From NCBI GenBank assembly GCA_951406725.2, contig OX597815.1:38130001-38194000 (forward strand): DNA of 64,000 nt, given 5' to 3'. The position numbers and the translations under genes are program-made. The first letter of the stretch is position 1. The number at the start of each line of letters is the position of its first letter. Origin of the DNA: Octopus vulgaris (Eukaryota). Positions 37,379 through 50,120 of the stretch are shown one piece after another. The notes under the pieces were generated by a model that made no database searches, had not been told where the DNA came from, and saw only the letters and a list, made by a program, of their open reading frames with translations.

Positions 37379-40184
37379 TTTCATTATTGTTATTACACTA
37401 TGCTCAAACAAACATGCGTTTAACAATGCTCTAGTCTACACAGTGCATTTCTCAATGATTTCCAAATGGAAATAAGTTTCTTTCTACCCATTTACACTCT
37501 GTATTGTTTGACAAATACATTCAGATTATTTATAGATTCCTTCGTCATTTCTTGAAAAGGAAAAAATTTCGCCTCTAGCATTGGTTTTAGCAGGCATTTG
37601 TATTATGTATTGGCAGTTCAAACTAGCCACTTGATTGGCAGCTGTAAAAGGGTTTAGTCATTGTACTGTGTATAATATTATCTATGAAATAAATTTAACC
37701 CACTTTCATTTAATCCTTTCCTTCTTTTTTGCCAGTTTCTCACTTTTTCCAGAGTTTATCTCTACATAGTTGCAAAACGATTCGTTGAAAATCTTGGTCA
37801 GGGTTTCAAATACAAAAATAACAACTTGACTATTAAACAAATAGATAAAACTTAAAATCTAAATATTTACACATACGCTTGAAAATGCCAACTGATGTGA
37901 TAGATGCAGTGTAAGAAAATAACCAGAGCACAAATTTAATATCAATTGCCTTTTCTGCTGCTGATAATGAATTTCTAGACATAAGTCAGCACCATGGAAA
38001 CGAAGAAAGGTGGAGATGTTAATCATAAATCAGAATACCTCCTTATGTGAGGAAAAAAATAACACATATTTAAGTTGCAAATAACGGATAGGTTTTCATA
38101 TGGCTTCAAAAGAATGGTTATTGGTAGTTCTAACCATGTGTAATAGACTGTTTGTTCCCGGAGTAATCACATTGAAGTGTTTGCTATCTAAGACCAGAAA
38201 TTAAGTGAGAAACTTATTCCGCATGCTGAATATTTGAATACAAAACCCCAAGGTTTATTGTGTCAGTTTTGTGCAAAGTGTTACAGTCGCAAGTACAATG
38301 AAGACCCAGAATGACGTTTTGGGAGTGAGATCTGTTTGGATCTCTTTGTACTAATGAACCACAAAGAGTACAATATTACCTCAGTATAACCCACTCAGGA
38401 ATGGACATAGAGTCAGTCAAGCTCGTGATTCAGACTACAATGTCTAATTGCTTCTTTTGAAGGATTAAGAACCTCTTCGGTGCCTTCTGATGACAAGTGA
38501 GGAAGTGGAAACGAGATGGTTAAATACAATAACTACAACGTCAGCCTCCTGAAGTGCAACTTCGAGAAATATAGATCGCAGATGATACTCTAAGAATGAT
38601 AACAGCAGAAACAGACAAAGAGAAGGATCTTGTCCTCAAAACCATTAACGTTAGAAATCGTTGAGATTGGATACTGAGTAACCACACAGCTCCTTTCATC
38701 TGCAACACAAAGCCGGATGATTCCTAGCACCAGGTTCAGGCATACGTTTTACAGAGATCAGGAGATTGACTCAGGAAATTAGGAAATATCAAGGAGAAAA
38801 GAAAGACAGGAAGAGGCAAAAAAATAGAGCTAGATTAAAGCGAAGTAGGATGCAAAATTTGAGGTATTACTCTGTGTTAGGAATCATTATTTGTAATGTT
38901 AGAAATGTTGTAGAATAGATGTGCTTTGGAGCAGAACCAGATTGCATATACTGCTTCATTTATCTCATTTTATATATTTAGCTCGCTATTCTGTCGTTTT
39001 TATTGTTATTATATCATTGCACAGGAGGAGAGCTTAATTGTCATATATCTTTAGCATTTGGGAAAAGAAAAGTTATTTATTTTTTTCTCATTTTGCAGCA
39101 GAAATTCATTTCAACATGGCTACTGAAAGACGGTGCCAGATGATTCCCATAACAGGCCTATGTAATTGCCTCTTTTAGAGGAGAGGGAAGAAAATAAGTA
39201 TGTTTCGATTATTACGATCAATTTCCCTACCAGAAGCAATAATTCAACATTAATATCAGCACCAGCATCAAATCCGACATGAACAATAGCTACAATAGTA
39301 AGAAACAAAAACGATATTTGTGATGTAGACACCCGCGGCAATGATTGCAGCAACGATGATATAGAGGGGTTACCGGCAACAGAAGTGAAGAAGAAACAGT
39401 AATAATAAATTTACCTATACACACATACGCACACTCAGAAACACAAACATTCACAATCGCGTACACACATGGCTATATATCCATATGCGAATGCATGTTT
39501 GAGTGTGTGTATGTGTGTTTTTGTGTATGTGTGTGAGTGTGCGTGCGGGTGTAAGTGTGTGTATACAAGTTGTTGTGTGTGCACAAACCCTATGTGGCAA
39601 ATATAAATTATGTTTGTCTCGTTTAAAAAAACAGGATGTGTTTGAGGAAGATTTGGCTGATATTGGCAGCACATCAAGCGACATCGTATATATTTCTGCA
39701 GTTTGAGACGATAGAGGCAGGAGAAGATACTCTCCCGAATACAGTATAATGGAAGTAGTAAGTCCAGTTGCTTTATTTACAGCAGTAAGGATATTTAGTA
39801 GTCCTGATAAAGCGACCAGAAGAATAGTAGCAACGACATTAGATACAGCCCTACAGCTTCAACAACAATAATTATCGCACAAATGTTGCTACAAAGATAA
39901 CAAAAATATTATGAAACCCGTTTCCATTGCTGTATACTGTCGACTTCGAGTAGAGTCTGGGTCAGCGTTAGAGAAGAAAATGTGGAGAGTCGTGGACGCA
40001 GCACTGGAAGCGGTTACATGATGAGGCCTTCATCCATAATTACCAAATGAAGCCACGAGGAAGAGGTAACATTTTATCACAAGATTTCTTTCAGTTTCTA
40101 TGTCGTACATCTTTGTCCAATTTCATGTGTGGTTTTTATGAAGATACACTAACAAACGTCGTTGTCATGGCGACAGCTCATTCC

Positions 40185-40231
40185 AGTGGTAGTGGTAGTG
40201 GTGGTGGTGGTAGTAGTAGTAGTATTGGTAA

Positions 40232-40281
<50 letters not shown>

Positions 40282-40300
40282 ATAGTAGTAGTAGTAGTAA
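40185..40300 (+). repeat. (GGT)n/(AGT)n microsatellite
   Basis: Read directly. Confidence 0.9.
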
Positions 40301-40598
40301 AAGAAAACGAGTATGGTGAGGGATTGAGATGGGAGCGTAATTCCTCTACCTTAGTTTAGGGGCTGATGTTTTGTTTTTATTTTGTCTTTTAGGGTGGGGG
40401 GTGGGGTCTTGTTAAAGTTTATATTTATAAAATCAAACAAATAACAAACATGTAAATAAAGAGAGAATAAATGCGGCGGTGGTGTAAAGTTAAAACTGAG
40501 AAGAAATTTTGTCAAAATGACTGCTTAAGAAGATGAACTTACGACATTTGTCAGTATATGCCAGAGCTACTGTCTGATGAGGTTAAATATGCAATCGC

Positions 40599-40664
<66 letters not shown>

Positions 40665-40681
40665 GTATATACGTATGTATG

Positions 40682-40721
<40 letters not shown>

Positions 40722-40747
40722 AATGTGTATATATATATATATATATG

Positions 40748-40793
<46 letters not shown>

Positions 40794-40863
40794 CATACAT
40801 ACATATATATATATATATGCACACATACATACATACATACATACATACATACATACATACATG

Positions 40864-41170
40864 TGAGGCGCAATGGCCCAGTGGTTAGGGCAGCGGGCTC
40901 GCGGTTGTAGGATCGCGGTTTCGATTCCCAGATCGGGCGTTGTGAGTGTTTATTGAACGAAAACACCTAAAGCTCCACGAAGCCCCGGCAGTGGGGGGGG
41001 GGGAGGCGATCTCCGCTGTACTCTTTCGCCACAACTTTCTCTCACTCTTTCGTCTGTTGGCCTGCTCGCTTAGCCAGCAGGGTGGCGTCATTTGAAGGTT
41101 AAAACCATGTGAAGCGCATTGTGACCAGCGATGTGTAGCAACATCTGATAGCCTGGTCGGTAACGGTGGT
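40864..41170 (+). mobile_element. SINE family C (tRNA-derived head)
   Basis: GAGGCGCAATGGCCCAGTGGTTAGGGCAGCGG (A-box) and GGTTTCGATTCCC (B-box); homologous to 60596-60790. Confidence 0.85.
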
Positions 41171-41338
41171 GGCGGTTTTGGTCACATACATACATACATA
41201 CGTATATACATACATACATATATATATGTGTGTGTGTATATAGAGGCATAGACACACACACACACACATGATTTGATTTTTTGATTTTTGATTTTTCCAG
41301 TTTCAGCTAATGAGCTGTGGCCATGCTGGGGCACCGCC

Positions 41339-41378
<40 letters not shown>

Positions 41379-43399
41379 TGGAATCTCAGAAGTGGTAAAA
41401 TCCAAGTGAGCTGTATATCCCTGGCTACTCTTCGAGTTAAGGTTTCACTCGCTGTTGATCATATGTAGCCCGAATTTCCCATACTCCATTCGGTAATTCT
41501 TATTTTCCTTTTCGCACACTCGGCTGGTTGTCCACGGAGGATTATATATATGTAGAAGGTTGAAAAGTAACACACGAGTAGATATGTATAAGGAAATTAG
41601 GACAAGGTACCGGTTTCAGACTTTGAGACTTTTTCAACTTAGAGTAAATCATGAAAAAGAAAAACAATTAAATTGTGGGAAATTAAATGAAGCGTTTTTA
41701 AAAATATTTCCATATTTTCAAATACATGGGACATTTTCTTTTTTTCTGTCTGTTATTTACTGTTGTGAATGTTCGGTAGGTAGGTAGTAGCAGGTCTGAA
41801 GAAATATTTAATATGAGGGATGTGGGTTCTTGGTTTTGATTGTTTAAACAGCAGTAGCCGAAGAAGGAGACGGCGAAGAAGGAGTAGTTGCGAAGTTTTC
41901 GTCGACTAAACCAACATTCAGAAATTGGTTTGTCCTATTTCAACTATTTGGTTGGAACATCATAGTTGCATGTATTGAGATAGTTTGAGATGGCAGATAG
42001 ATGGGTTAAATTAATGAGGTTATTTTTGTTAATATTTCTGGTACCTAATTTTTTCAAGGAAAAAATACAGAGGAAACATTTTTTTCTTTTTATGGAATCT
42101 AGGCAGAAACAATATGGCTGTTAAGAAGAATTGAGGTGTGAATGAAACAGATGCTCTTTAAGTTATTCTAGCAAGCAATGGTTACATTTAATAGGATCAA
42201 CAGCTAATGTGAAGGTTAAGTAGACTGCATCATATTATAGTTTGATGGTGTATTTGATATATGCTGTAGATTACAATCTTGAGTTTCCTTATCGTAGTTA
42301 AGTGTTTGTCAGTTGATTCCGATTGCTTTTCTGCCTGAGGAAGCCCAAATTTGAAATATTTCCATGACGAAAAATACCAGAAATAATATATAACCAACGG
42401 AAATCTTTATTTAGTCGTCAGATCTTCTACAAATAGCAAATAAATCTAATCAAAATCACACCCTAGTGCATTAAAAAATAAAAGACCTCTTCTATGTGTT
42501 TATTGATTTACTATGTTCGAATATTTACAAGTAGTTTTTCAAAAGCTTCTGATAAAATGCTAGAACTCTTGATTATTTGTCTACTCGATGACAGCTGAGC
42601 TCATCTCATTCGGCAACCGTTTCGATAACGGGTAGTACACTATGTAAACGATGTCGCAAAGTTAGTACGGGCCAATATGATTTTAATGGCTACCGATAAA
42701 AAAAAAACATCATCATCAACAAAGAAATTTCGCTTCTGCCTCAAATTCTAGTAGTGTTAGTACTATTATCAAGAATAGTGTTGCAACAACGAAACACAAG
42801 TCATTTCTTCCTTCTGCATGTAATAAGTATCATGTAGTTTTATAATTTTCTCTAATGACTACCAGAGTTACAATATGTATAATGAGAAATATTTCGATCG
42901 TTTGCATCGCTGGACACAATTCGCCGCACATGTAAAACCAGAAGGCTCTCAGCAATAAAAATATAAAGTATTTGAAATTGAAAACGGAGCTCAATGTTTT
43001 CCAATCTATTCTCCAACGACAGATATACGATGGTGATATCTTCCTATTTGCTTGTGTGTGCACAGGTAATTAATCATTTACGAATGAAATGGAAATATTT
43101 TTTAGTTTTTGTTTGATTACTTGTTATGAACAGGAAAAGCTGTCGTTTCATGATCCAGTAAATTGTATGATTACTGAATGGTAGGGAACCTGATTACCAT
43201 CTTGATATCCTCCCGTGATAAAATGATAAAATGGATTCAGAAATATAGCAGGTCCTTTACAAACTTCCTGTTCAGGTAATTCTATCTATCATGTTAGCGT
43301 TAGTCAACGAATTCAGGTGAATCAGAGCGATTATTTAGAATCTCTTATGTATATGAAATTTATACTATTTTTGAGGTTTATTATTCTAGAACTATAACT

Positions 43400-43560
43400 G
43401 GTGATTGGTAGAATTGGTAAAGCGTTGGACAAAAAAACATATTTGCTGAAATTCATTTACGTTTCGAGTTCAAATTCCGTCTAGTTGCACTTCAATTTTC
43501 ATCCTTCCGAAGTCGATAAAATATGTATCAGTCGATGAAGTTCTGGATCTGTGTCATTGA
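43400..43560 (+). mobile_element. Strongly decayed SINE family B
   Basis: GAGTTCAAATTCCG..TTTTCATCCTTCCGAAGTCGATAAAAT. Confidence 0.6.
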
Positions 43561-43639
43561 CTATATAATTGAAGACAGTACCCAGCAAGACTATGATCCA
43601 CTCGCAAAATCCAGTTAATGTACAGGTTCACTTGTGATG

Positions 43640-44640
43640 AAAATTTAGTTTGGAAGAAAAACTTTACTCCGTATTCAGCTCACATCCAACATCTCTCTTC
43701 CTTTTGGAAAACATATCTTCAGTGTTAAGATGGCATTTTTTGAGAGACGTACTGATCGAAGTCTTTCTAATCTGCGCCTACAACTCTGGTGTAGCTCAAG
43801 TTTTGGTTTTGTCCGCCATTCGCTTCTTTTATACACCAACAAACTATTTGACGTTGCCTTCAATAATGCTTGCTCTGCTCCTATGTAAATTATACCGTCC
43901 TTAACTCTTCACCAAATCCCACCCACTTCTATATCTACCCAGATACTTCACGCCAAATATGCACCGATCCCACGAGCAACGACTTCATAACCATCCTTCA
44001 CGCGAAACAAATACTGCAATCACCTCAGATACTAATCGTCATTATAACTGAAGAACTGTCCGTCTCAGAGAAGACACATCCTTAACAGAGCAAACATTGG
44101 TTTGTCTCAGAACCAAAACATTCCTCACTTCACTTCCCAAAACTATTCCCTGCAAAACTCGGATGTGACATATAATGGAGCATTGTTTCCACATTTGCAA
44201 TAGTACTTCTGCTTCACAAACAGATATCCTAGATAATTTCTTAAAATCCCTCTCAGGCGAAGAGGTTACTCACAAACATACGCCAGACTCGTTCTTACTA
44301 ACATGCTGTCTCCTATCTCTGGCTTTCTGACGCAAAAATAATTGCATCTGCGTCTTCAATCTGTCTGTGTCTCGTGTGGCTTCTACTGATGATCTCTCGA
44401 TGAACTTGTCTCTCATTCGCATCAGCCATTCTGTGTCCACTCATCCAAGCTCCGCGTCGATTATTGAATTCCAGTCCTATCATCCCAGAATGCTGACACT
44501 AGCGTTTTCTCCCAGTACACGTCATTTCTATAACTATCGACTTGTGAACGGTTTGATGCCGTTAACAGCATCAAAATTACCGACCTCAGAATGCTTGCCA
44601 ACGCCTCCTCCAGACCAATCTAATAAAAAGAAGTTATGCC
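43640..44640 (+). mobile_element. Highly decayed CR1-like LINE RT fragment
   Basis: NSGVAQVLVLSAIRF (cf. NSGVPQGSVLSP.LF), MEHCFHI (cf. MEYCSHVW) and HAVS motifs appear in the expected order. Confidence 0.55.
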
Positions 44641-45502
44641 ATAATCTAGAACACAAGTCGTATTAGACGAAAATGCTTTTTAGAACACCCATATAAATTA
44701 ATTTCATTCTGCCACCCACTGTGCATTTAACTAAAGAATAATGTATAATACTGGTATTGACAGTTCCTTTTGTTGATAGTATTTACAACTGAACTCTCCT
44801 GAATAATAACAGCTAACTGCCACAGCTTTTATGAAGTATAACCAGAGATGCGACGTCTCTCCAAGACAACAGCTTAACTGATACGAAGAGCGATTATATT
44901 TTGTTTCTTATATTATATTCTTTTAGTTTCTTATATAATGTTCTTTAAACGCGCTATCATCCAATAGAACAGCAGTTCTGGCATTCGTTTTGTCTATTCT
45001 GATAGACTGAAGAACTAAATTTCTAAGAACGAAGTAAACAGTGAAAATTAGTATGTATTTAAATGCTAAAATAGCTTTCGTAAGGAAATATACTGGAGTA
45101 TACTTCCACATAATTTTTATACATTCCACTTATCATGATCTGCAATATACAAAATCTGTAAACCAAAACTAGCAAGAGAGCTGAGCCGTGGTTACTCTAC
45201 CTTTGAAATATTACCACTAAATTTTTCCTCAAATAAAACTCTTCTGTATCCTACAAGGTTCCTCACAAACATACGCCAGACTATTTCTCGCAATCGTGCT
45301 GTCTCCTATCTCTTGTATAGGAAAACTAGTCAGAATAAAGATACGCTATGTCTAAAAGATCAAAAATACGGTTTGCAATAGGTTATAATGTCTTTGGCCG
45401 TATTTCGTTTTTTTCAGAGCTGGTCTGGTGTTGAAAAATGACTAAAATGTCTCACTTATGACCTCACTAACCTCCTAAGAACCTCGATCTTTACTGGGAT
45501 AT

Positions 45503-45543
<41 letters not shown>

Positions 45544-46868
45544 ATTTGCTGATCAGAACCCGCTACATATGTTTAAGCTTTATCAGATTTGTTATTTCTC
45601 AGACGTTGTTACATTATTTTACAACAGTGACAATAATGAATTATATTTGATCAGAATTTACATGTAATTAGTGCATTTCTTAATTATCTCTCATAATCAT
45701 CTTTTACTATTCATCTATACTTGGAAGTATTCCAGCCTTGCGATCAGATAATTTTTCAGACAATATGAATTTCCAAGTATATTGACCCAGTAGTCCTTTT
45801 CATGATGATAGGAACTGTTTGGTGGAATTTCGAGCTCCTCTTTCTGGAAGATCTTACGATCACATATGGTGCTTCTTTATTGTCTTGTCTAAGCTTCATC
45901 ACATGCAAACACCCATCTATCGCATGTTGCATTTGATATTGTCAGATATATTGAGGCTCTCCACGACATATCAGGAGTCCTTTCAGTTGAAGACGACAAA
46001 AGCTATGGCACTATTCATTGTTTCGTTAAAACTGAAAAAGCAGCCAAATCATAGGCTGAAATTATCAGACATATCTCTAATTATACATATAACTTTCCAT
46101 CCGTATATTAGTCAAAGAAAAAGAAGTGTGACATGAGGAGACACTAGCAATGTCGCAGATCCGTGGCCAGTCATAACTTTATATTGTAGCATGGACGAAT
46201 GGCCAAAGCAGTGTTAACGAAGTGCCATATTGATTGGAAGATATTGAAATTGATTTGTATGTTGTAATAAAACCTTCAAAGTCACAGAGTCATACAGGAA
46301 CTGTGCATATGAGAGACCGCGAAGCAAAGATGAGGAAGAAATAATTTTGCCGGTGAAAATCCCCAAAAGTTCGCAAAACATAAAACAAAGAAAACAGGTG
46401 AAGAATAATTTCTTCTAAACAGCAACTAAATCCTTTCGCAAAAAAAAAAACAAAAACAAAAACAAATTAAATTACGAGCCCGAAGATGAACTAAGACATA
46501 TCGTTCTTCTAAAATTGAACGGCAGCTATCCGACAAAATTATGCGTTTGAGATGACAAAGCATTCAGTAAGAATGATAATAGTACGACAATAATTGATTG
46601 AGTATTCGTACAATTTAAATTAAGACATCACGCCTAATTTTGATATAATATACACAAGATACTGATATTTTGCAACACAAGATATCTAACAGAAATTCTT
46701 ACTTGCCCATTCGGTTGCACTTTAGCAAAATTTCAGAAATAATTATGTAAGCAGCTTTGCGGAGGGGCTTAATTCAACCAAATTAGTAATCCTTCAAACA
46801 GTATTTTGTTTACTTATGTCTTGCTTCAAATATTGCAAATTGTATTAACGTGTAAATAAGCATAATGC

Positions 46869-46917
<49 letters not shown>

Positions 46918-46984
46918 GTATACACGCAAACGCATACGTATATATATATCTATATACATGCACACGCACGTATATATATATATA

Positions 46985-47370
46985 TACTTTTTACTCTCTT
47001 TACTCTTTTACTTGTTTCAGTCATTTGACTGCGGCCTTCCTGGAGCACCGCATTTAGTTGAGCAAATCCACCCCAGGACTTATTTTTGGGAAGCCTAGTA
47101 CTTATTCTATCGGTCTCTTTTTTTACGTAAACACACCAGCATCAGTTGTCAAGCGATGTTGGAGGGACAAACACAGACACACAAACATATGCACACACAT
47201 ACAAATACATATACATATATACGACGGGATTCTTTCAGTTTCCATCTACCAAATCCACTCACAAGTCTTTGGTTGACCCGAGGCTATAATAGACGACACT
47301 TGCACAAGGTGCCACGCAGTGGGACTGAACCTGGAACCATGTGGTTAGAAAGCAAGCTACTTACCCAACA
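46985..47370 (-). mobile_element. SINE family A
   Basis: Colinear with 4957-5367, with a small internal deletion. Confidence 0.9.
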
Positions 47371-47410
47371 CTCACTATATAATAGTTACAGAAGTGGTAT
47401 TAATAATAAA

Positions 47411-47786
47411 AGGCAAGCTTGATGGCCAACTTAACTTGGGGGTTGTATTAGAGCACAGAATACTATGTTATTTAGAGCTTCTCATATACATGCACGTTGT
47501 ATAAAAGCACATGCAATTAAATCGTCCACAGACGAGGACCGTATGCTGCGGTCACCGGAAATGACAGATCATGTGATTTCGTTCACACTGCTATGGGCTC
47601 CTTAATAGCTGAACCTCCCGTCAACGATACATAGAATATCAGTGATTATTAAAGCACTGATATCACAAATATCCAGTGAGATTATAAAAAGAAATAACTA
47701 ATAGTAACACAAGCAATATTACTACCATATGGTAATCTTTATCGCCAACTTAATTTAGAGGTTGTGTTAAGATACAGAATACTGCG

Positions 47787-47790
<4 letters not shown>
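47411..47790 (+). repeat. Family H2 repeat: 1.2-mer partial tandem (period ~319 bp) with a variant hammerhead-like motif
   Basis: CCAACTTAA.TT.G.GGTTGT.TTA at 47426 and 47745; CAGACGA-G-GACCGTA/TGCGGTC..GGAAA at 47529-47561; homologous to 60881-61341. Confidence 0.65.
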
Positions 47791-47822
<32 letters not shown>

Positions 47823-47974
47823 TTTCATTCTTTTTCTTTTTTTACTTTCCCTTTTACGATCCCCTTTGATCGAAAACCTATCCCACTTTTTTTTCTTTAT
47901 TTTCTCCCCAAAAAGAAAAGCTCTACTTTGTAATCTGTCCAGTCTGTGTGCAGCTGTGCGGCTAATAAAGAAAC

Positions 47975-47975
47975 A

Positions 47976-48052
<77 letters not shown>

Positions 48053-48140
48053 GTCTGTCTGTCTCTCTGTCTCTCTGTCTGTCTATCTATCTATCTATTT
48101 ATCTATCTATCTGTCTATCTGTCTAAATATCTATCTATAC
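47975..48140 (+). repeat. (TCTA)n/(TCTG)n microsatellite
   Basis: Read directly. Confidence 0.9.
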
Positions 48141-48199
48141 ATGGAATGAATCATTAACCATCTGTTATATATTTATTATTCACATTACTCGGAATGATG

Positions 48200-49230
48200 C
48201 TATTATCGTGGACCTGGAGTCTGTTGAATCTGATCAAAATACGAGCGGTTGCCGTCAAGCGTTATGGGGCTGGAATATTGAAATGAAGATAAAAACGAGA
48301 AAATCTTCAACTATGAACGTAGTTCTTCATCCAAAATTTGTCCGTCGCTTACATATGAAAAGAAAGATTGGCGGGAGAAGAGATATTAGCATTTCTGGTT
48401 GGGTGATTGAAAAACAAATGCGAGTATATCACTGATTTGAAAAGGGCAAAGAGCTAATGAAGCAAACTGCAACAGATATAAGACGTATTTGTGTGAGTCT
48501 TGAAAAGAAGAAAATATCTCAAAGCAGGATAATCTGTGAAAAGAAGAAACTGTAAAATAAATGCACGTTAGATGAGAAATTCCAGAGAGACACTATAAAC
48601 ATCGAAAATCCCGACAAGTCCTGAAAGTGACTGCGATAAGATTTCAAGAGAGAAACTAAAGGTTTGTTGGTGGATGAGCCTATAAACACAAGTTCAGTAA
48701 GAGTGTTTATCCCACTGTATCAATGAACAAATGCTGCTTCTGTAAACAGCAAGAGAAAAGTATTCAGCATAATGTTAATTCAAAAAGGATACTGGAATGT
48801 CATTAGAAGGTTATCTTGAATTAACACTGGTCACATTGTAAAACATGCAAATACAATATTTCAGATCAGTGCCACATTCATGTACCTGAAAGAGCATTAA
48901 ATATATCAGATGATCTTAAAAAATTTATGAGATTTTTTACAACATTATGAACAGCTTAACAGAGCAGCCCATTATCAGGGATACCATTATCCCTGATATA
49001 AAATAGAATGTCTCATAACTGATGGTGCAATTCCTTCAAAGGATAATATTTTTGACAAGGAATTTGGAAAGTAGTAGAAAATGTCTTGAATGAGATGATT
49101 TAAATGTAGAAATATTAAGAATCTGTGTAGGTCGAGTAGAAAAGGGAAAGTAGTACCCTTTTTTATCGGAATATAATTTGAAACTTAAAAGATTCTGATA
49201 AATGACCGGGAATTAGGTGTGAGATTGCTC
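48200..49230 (+). mobile_element. Very old R4/Dong-type retrotransposon relic (C-terminal half)
   Basis: TMNVVLHPKFVRRLHMKRKIGGR (cf. TMHRMHHPKADTERLYLPRKEGGR), RETKGLLV, CCFCKQQEKSIQH, ITDGAIP and VVPFFIG occur in the same order as in the 721-aa ORF. Confidence 0.7.
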
Positions 49231-49364
49231 CAACTTTTTCTCCTACTTTCTGTGTAAGGCATTTCTTTATGAGTTGACAAGTAACACGAGGGAAAACAAG
49301 AAAACCCGATATTTGCTATCTTTTTAATACCCATGCAATAACATACTACAATAATAATGATCAT

Positions 49365-50045
49365 TCCTTGTTTTGGCACAAGGTCAGCAGTTGTGAGGGG
49401 TAGGGAGGTCGGTAGCATCCACTAGTATATTATATTAGTAGTAGCTAAACTGGTATTATATATTTTATTGACACCGAAAGCATGAAAGGTGCAGTCGGCC
49501 TCTGTAGCATCTGGACTCAGAACGTAAAGACGGACGAAATGCCACAAAACACGTTGCGGCGTGCTAACGATTCTGCCAGCTCGCCGCCTTAACAACAACA
49601 ACAACAACAACAATAATAGTCCTTTTATATTATAGGCACGAGGCCTGAAATTTGGTGCTGATTATCGGTTACATTGAGCCCAGTGATCACCAGGAACTTC
49701 TTTTATCAACCCGGAAAGAATGAAAGGCTAAGTCGAGCTCGGTGGAAGTTGAACTCAGAACGTAAGGACAAACGAAATGACGCCAAGCATTTTGCCCAGC
49801 GTGCTACCGATCCTGCCAGCGCACTGCCTTAATGATAATATTCATCTTTTCGGCTAAAAGCACAAGGCCTGGAATTTGTGGGGAAGGGATTAGTCGATTA
49901 CATTGACCTCAATGTTTCACTGGTACTTAATTTATCAACCCCGTAAGGATGAAAGGCAAAGTCGACCGCGGCGGAATTTGAACTTAGATAGTAAAGACGG
50001 ACGAAATACCACTAAGCATCTTTCGGCGCGGTAACGATTCCGCTT
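49365..50045 (-). mobile_element. Three head-to-tail diverged SINE family B copies separated by (AAC)/(AAT) tracts
   Basis: Copies at ~49365-49590, 49625-49830 and 49855-50045, each with ATGAAAGG..GTCG..GAACT..GTAA.GAC..ACGAAAT. Confidence 0.85.
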
Positions 50046-50074
50046 TAATAATAATAATAATAATAATAATAATG

Positions 50075-50120
<46 letters not shown>

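Noticed and set aside
38485-38520. CTGATGA..GAAAC (also isolated CTGATGA at 26237, 40575, 44387)
   Set aside because: No supporting helices; expected by chance.
40864-40935. tRNA gene
   Set aside because: The tRNA-like head continues into a SINE body repeated at 60596, so it is a SINE.
41600-41645. Minus-strand GAAACCGGTA with upstream TTGAAAA
   Set aside because: The palindromic stem III is suggestive, but the 5' core and stems I and II are too degenerate to call.
45750-46330. Possible RTE-type LINE relic on the minus strand
   Set aside because: Only a vague FGH motif; not enough to support a call.
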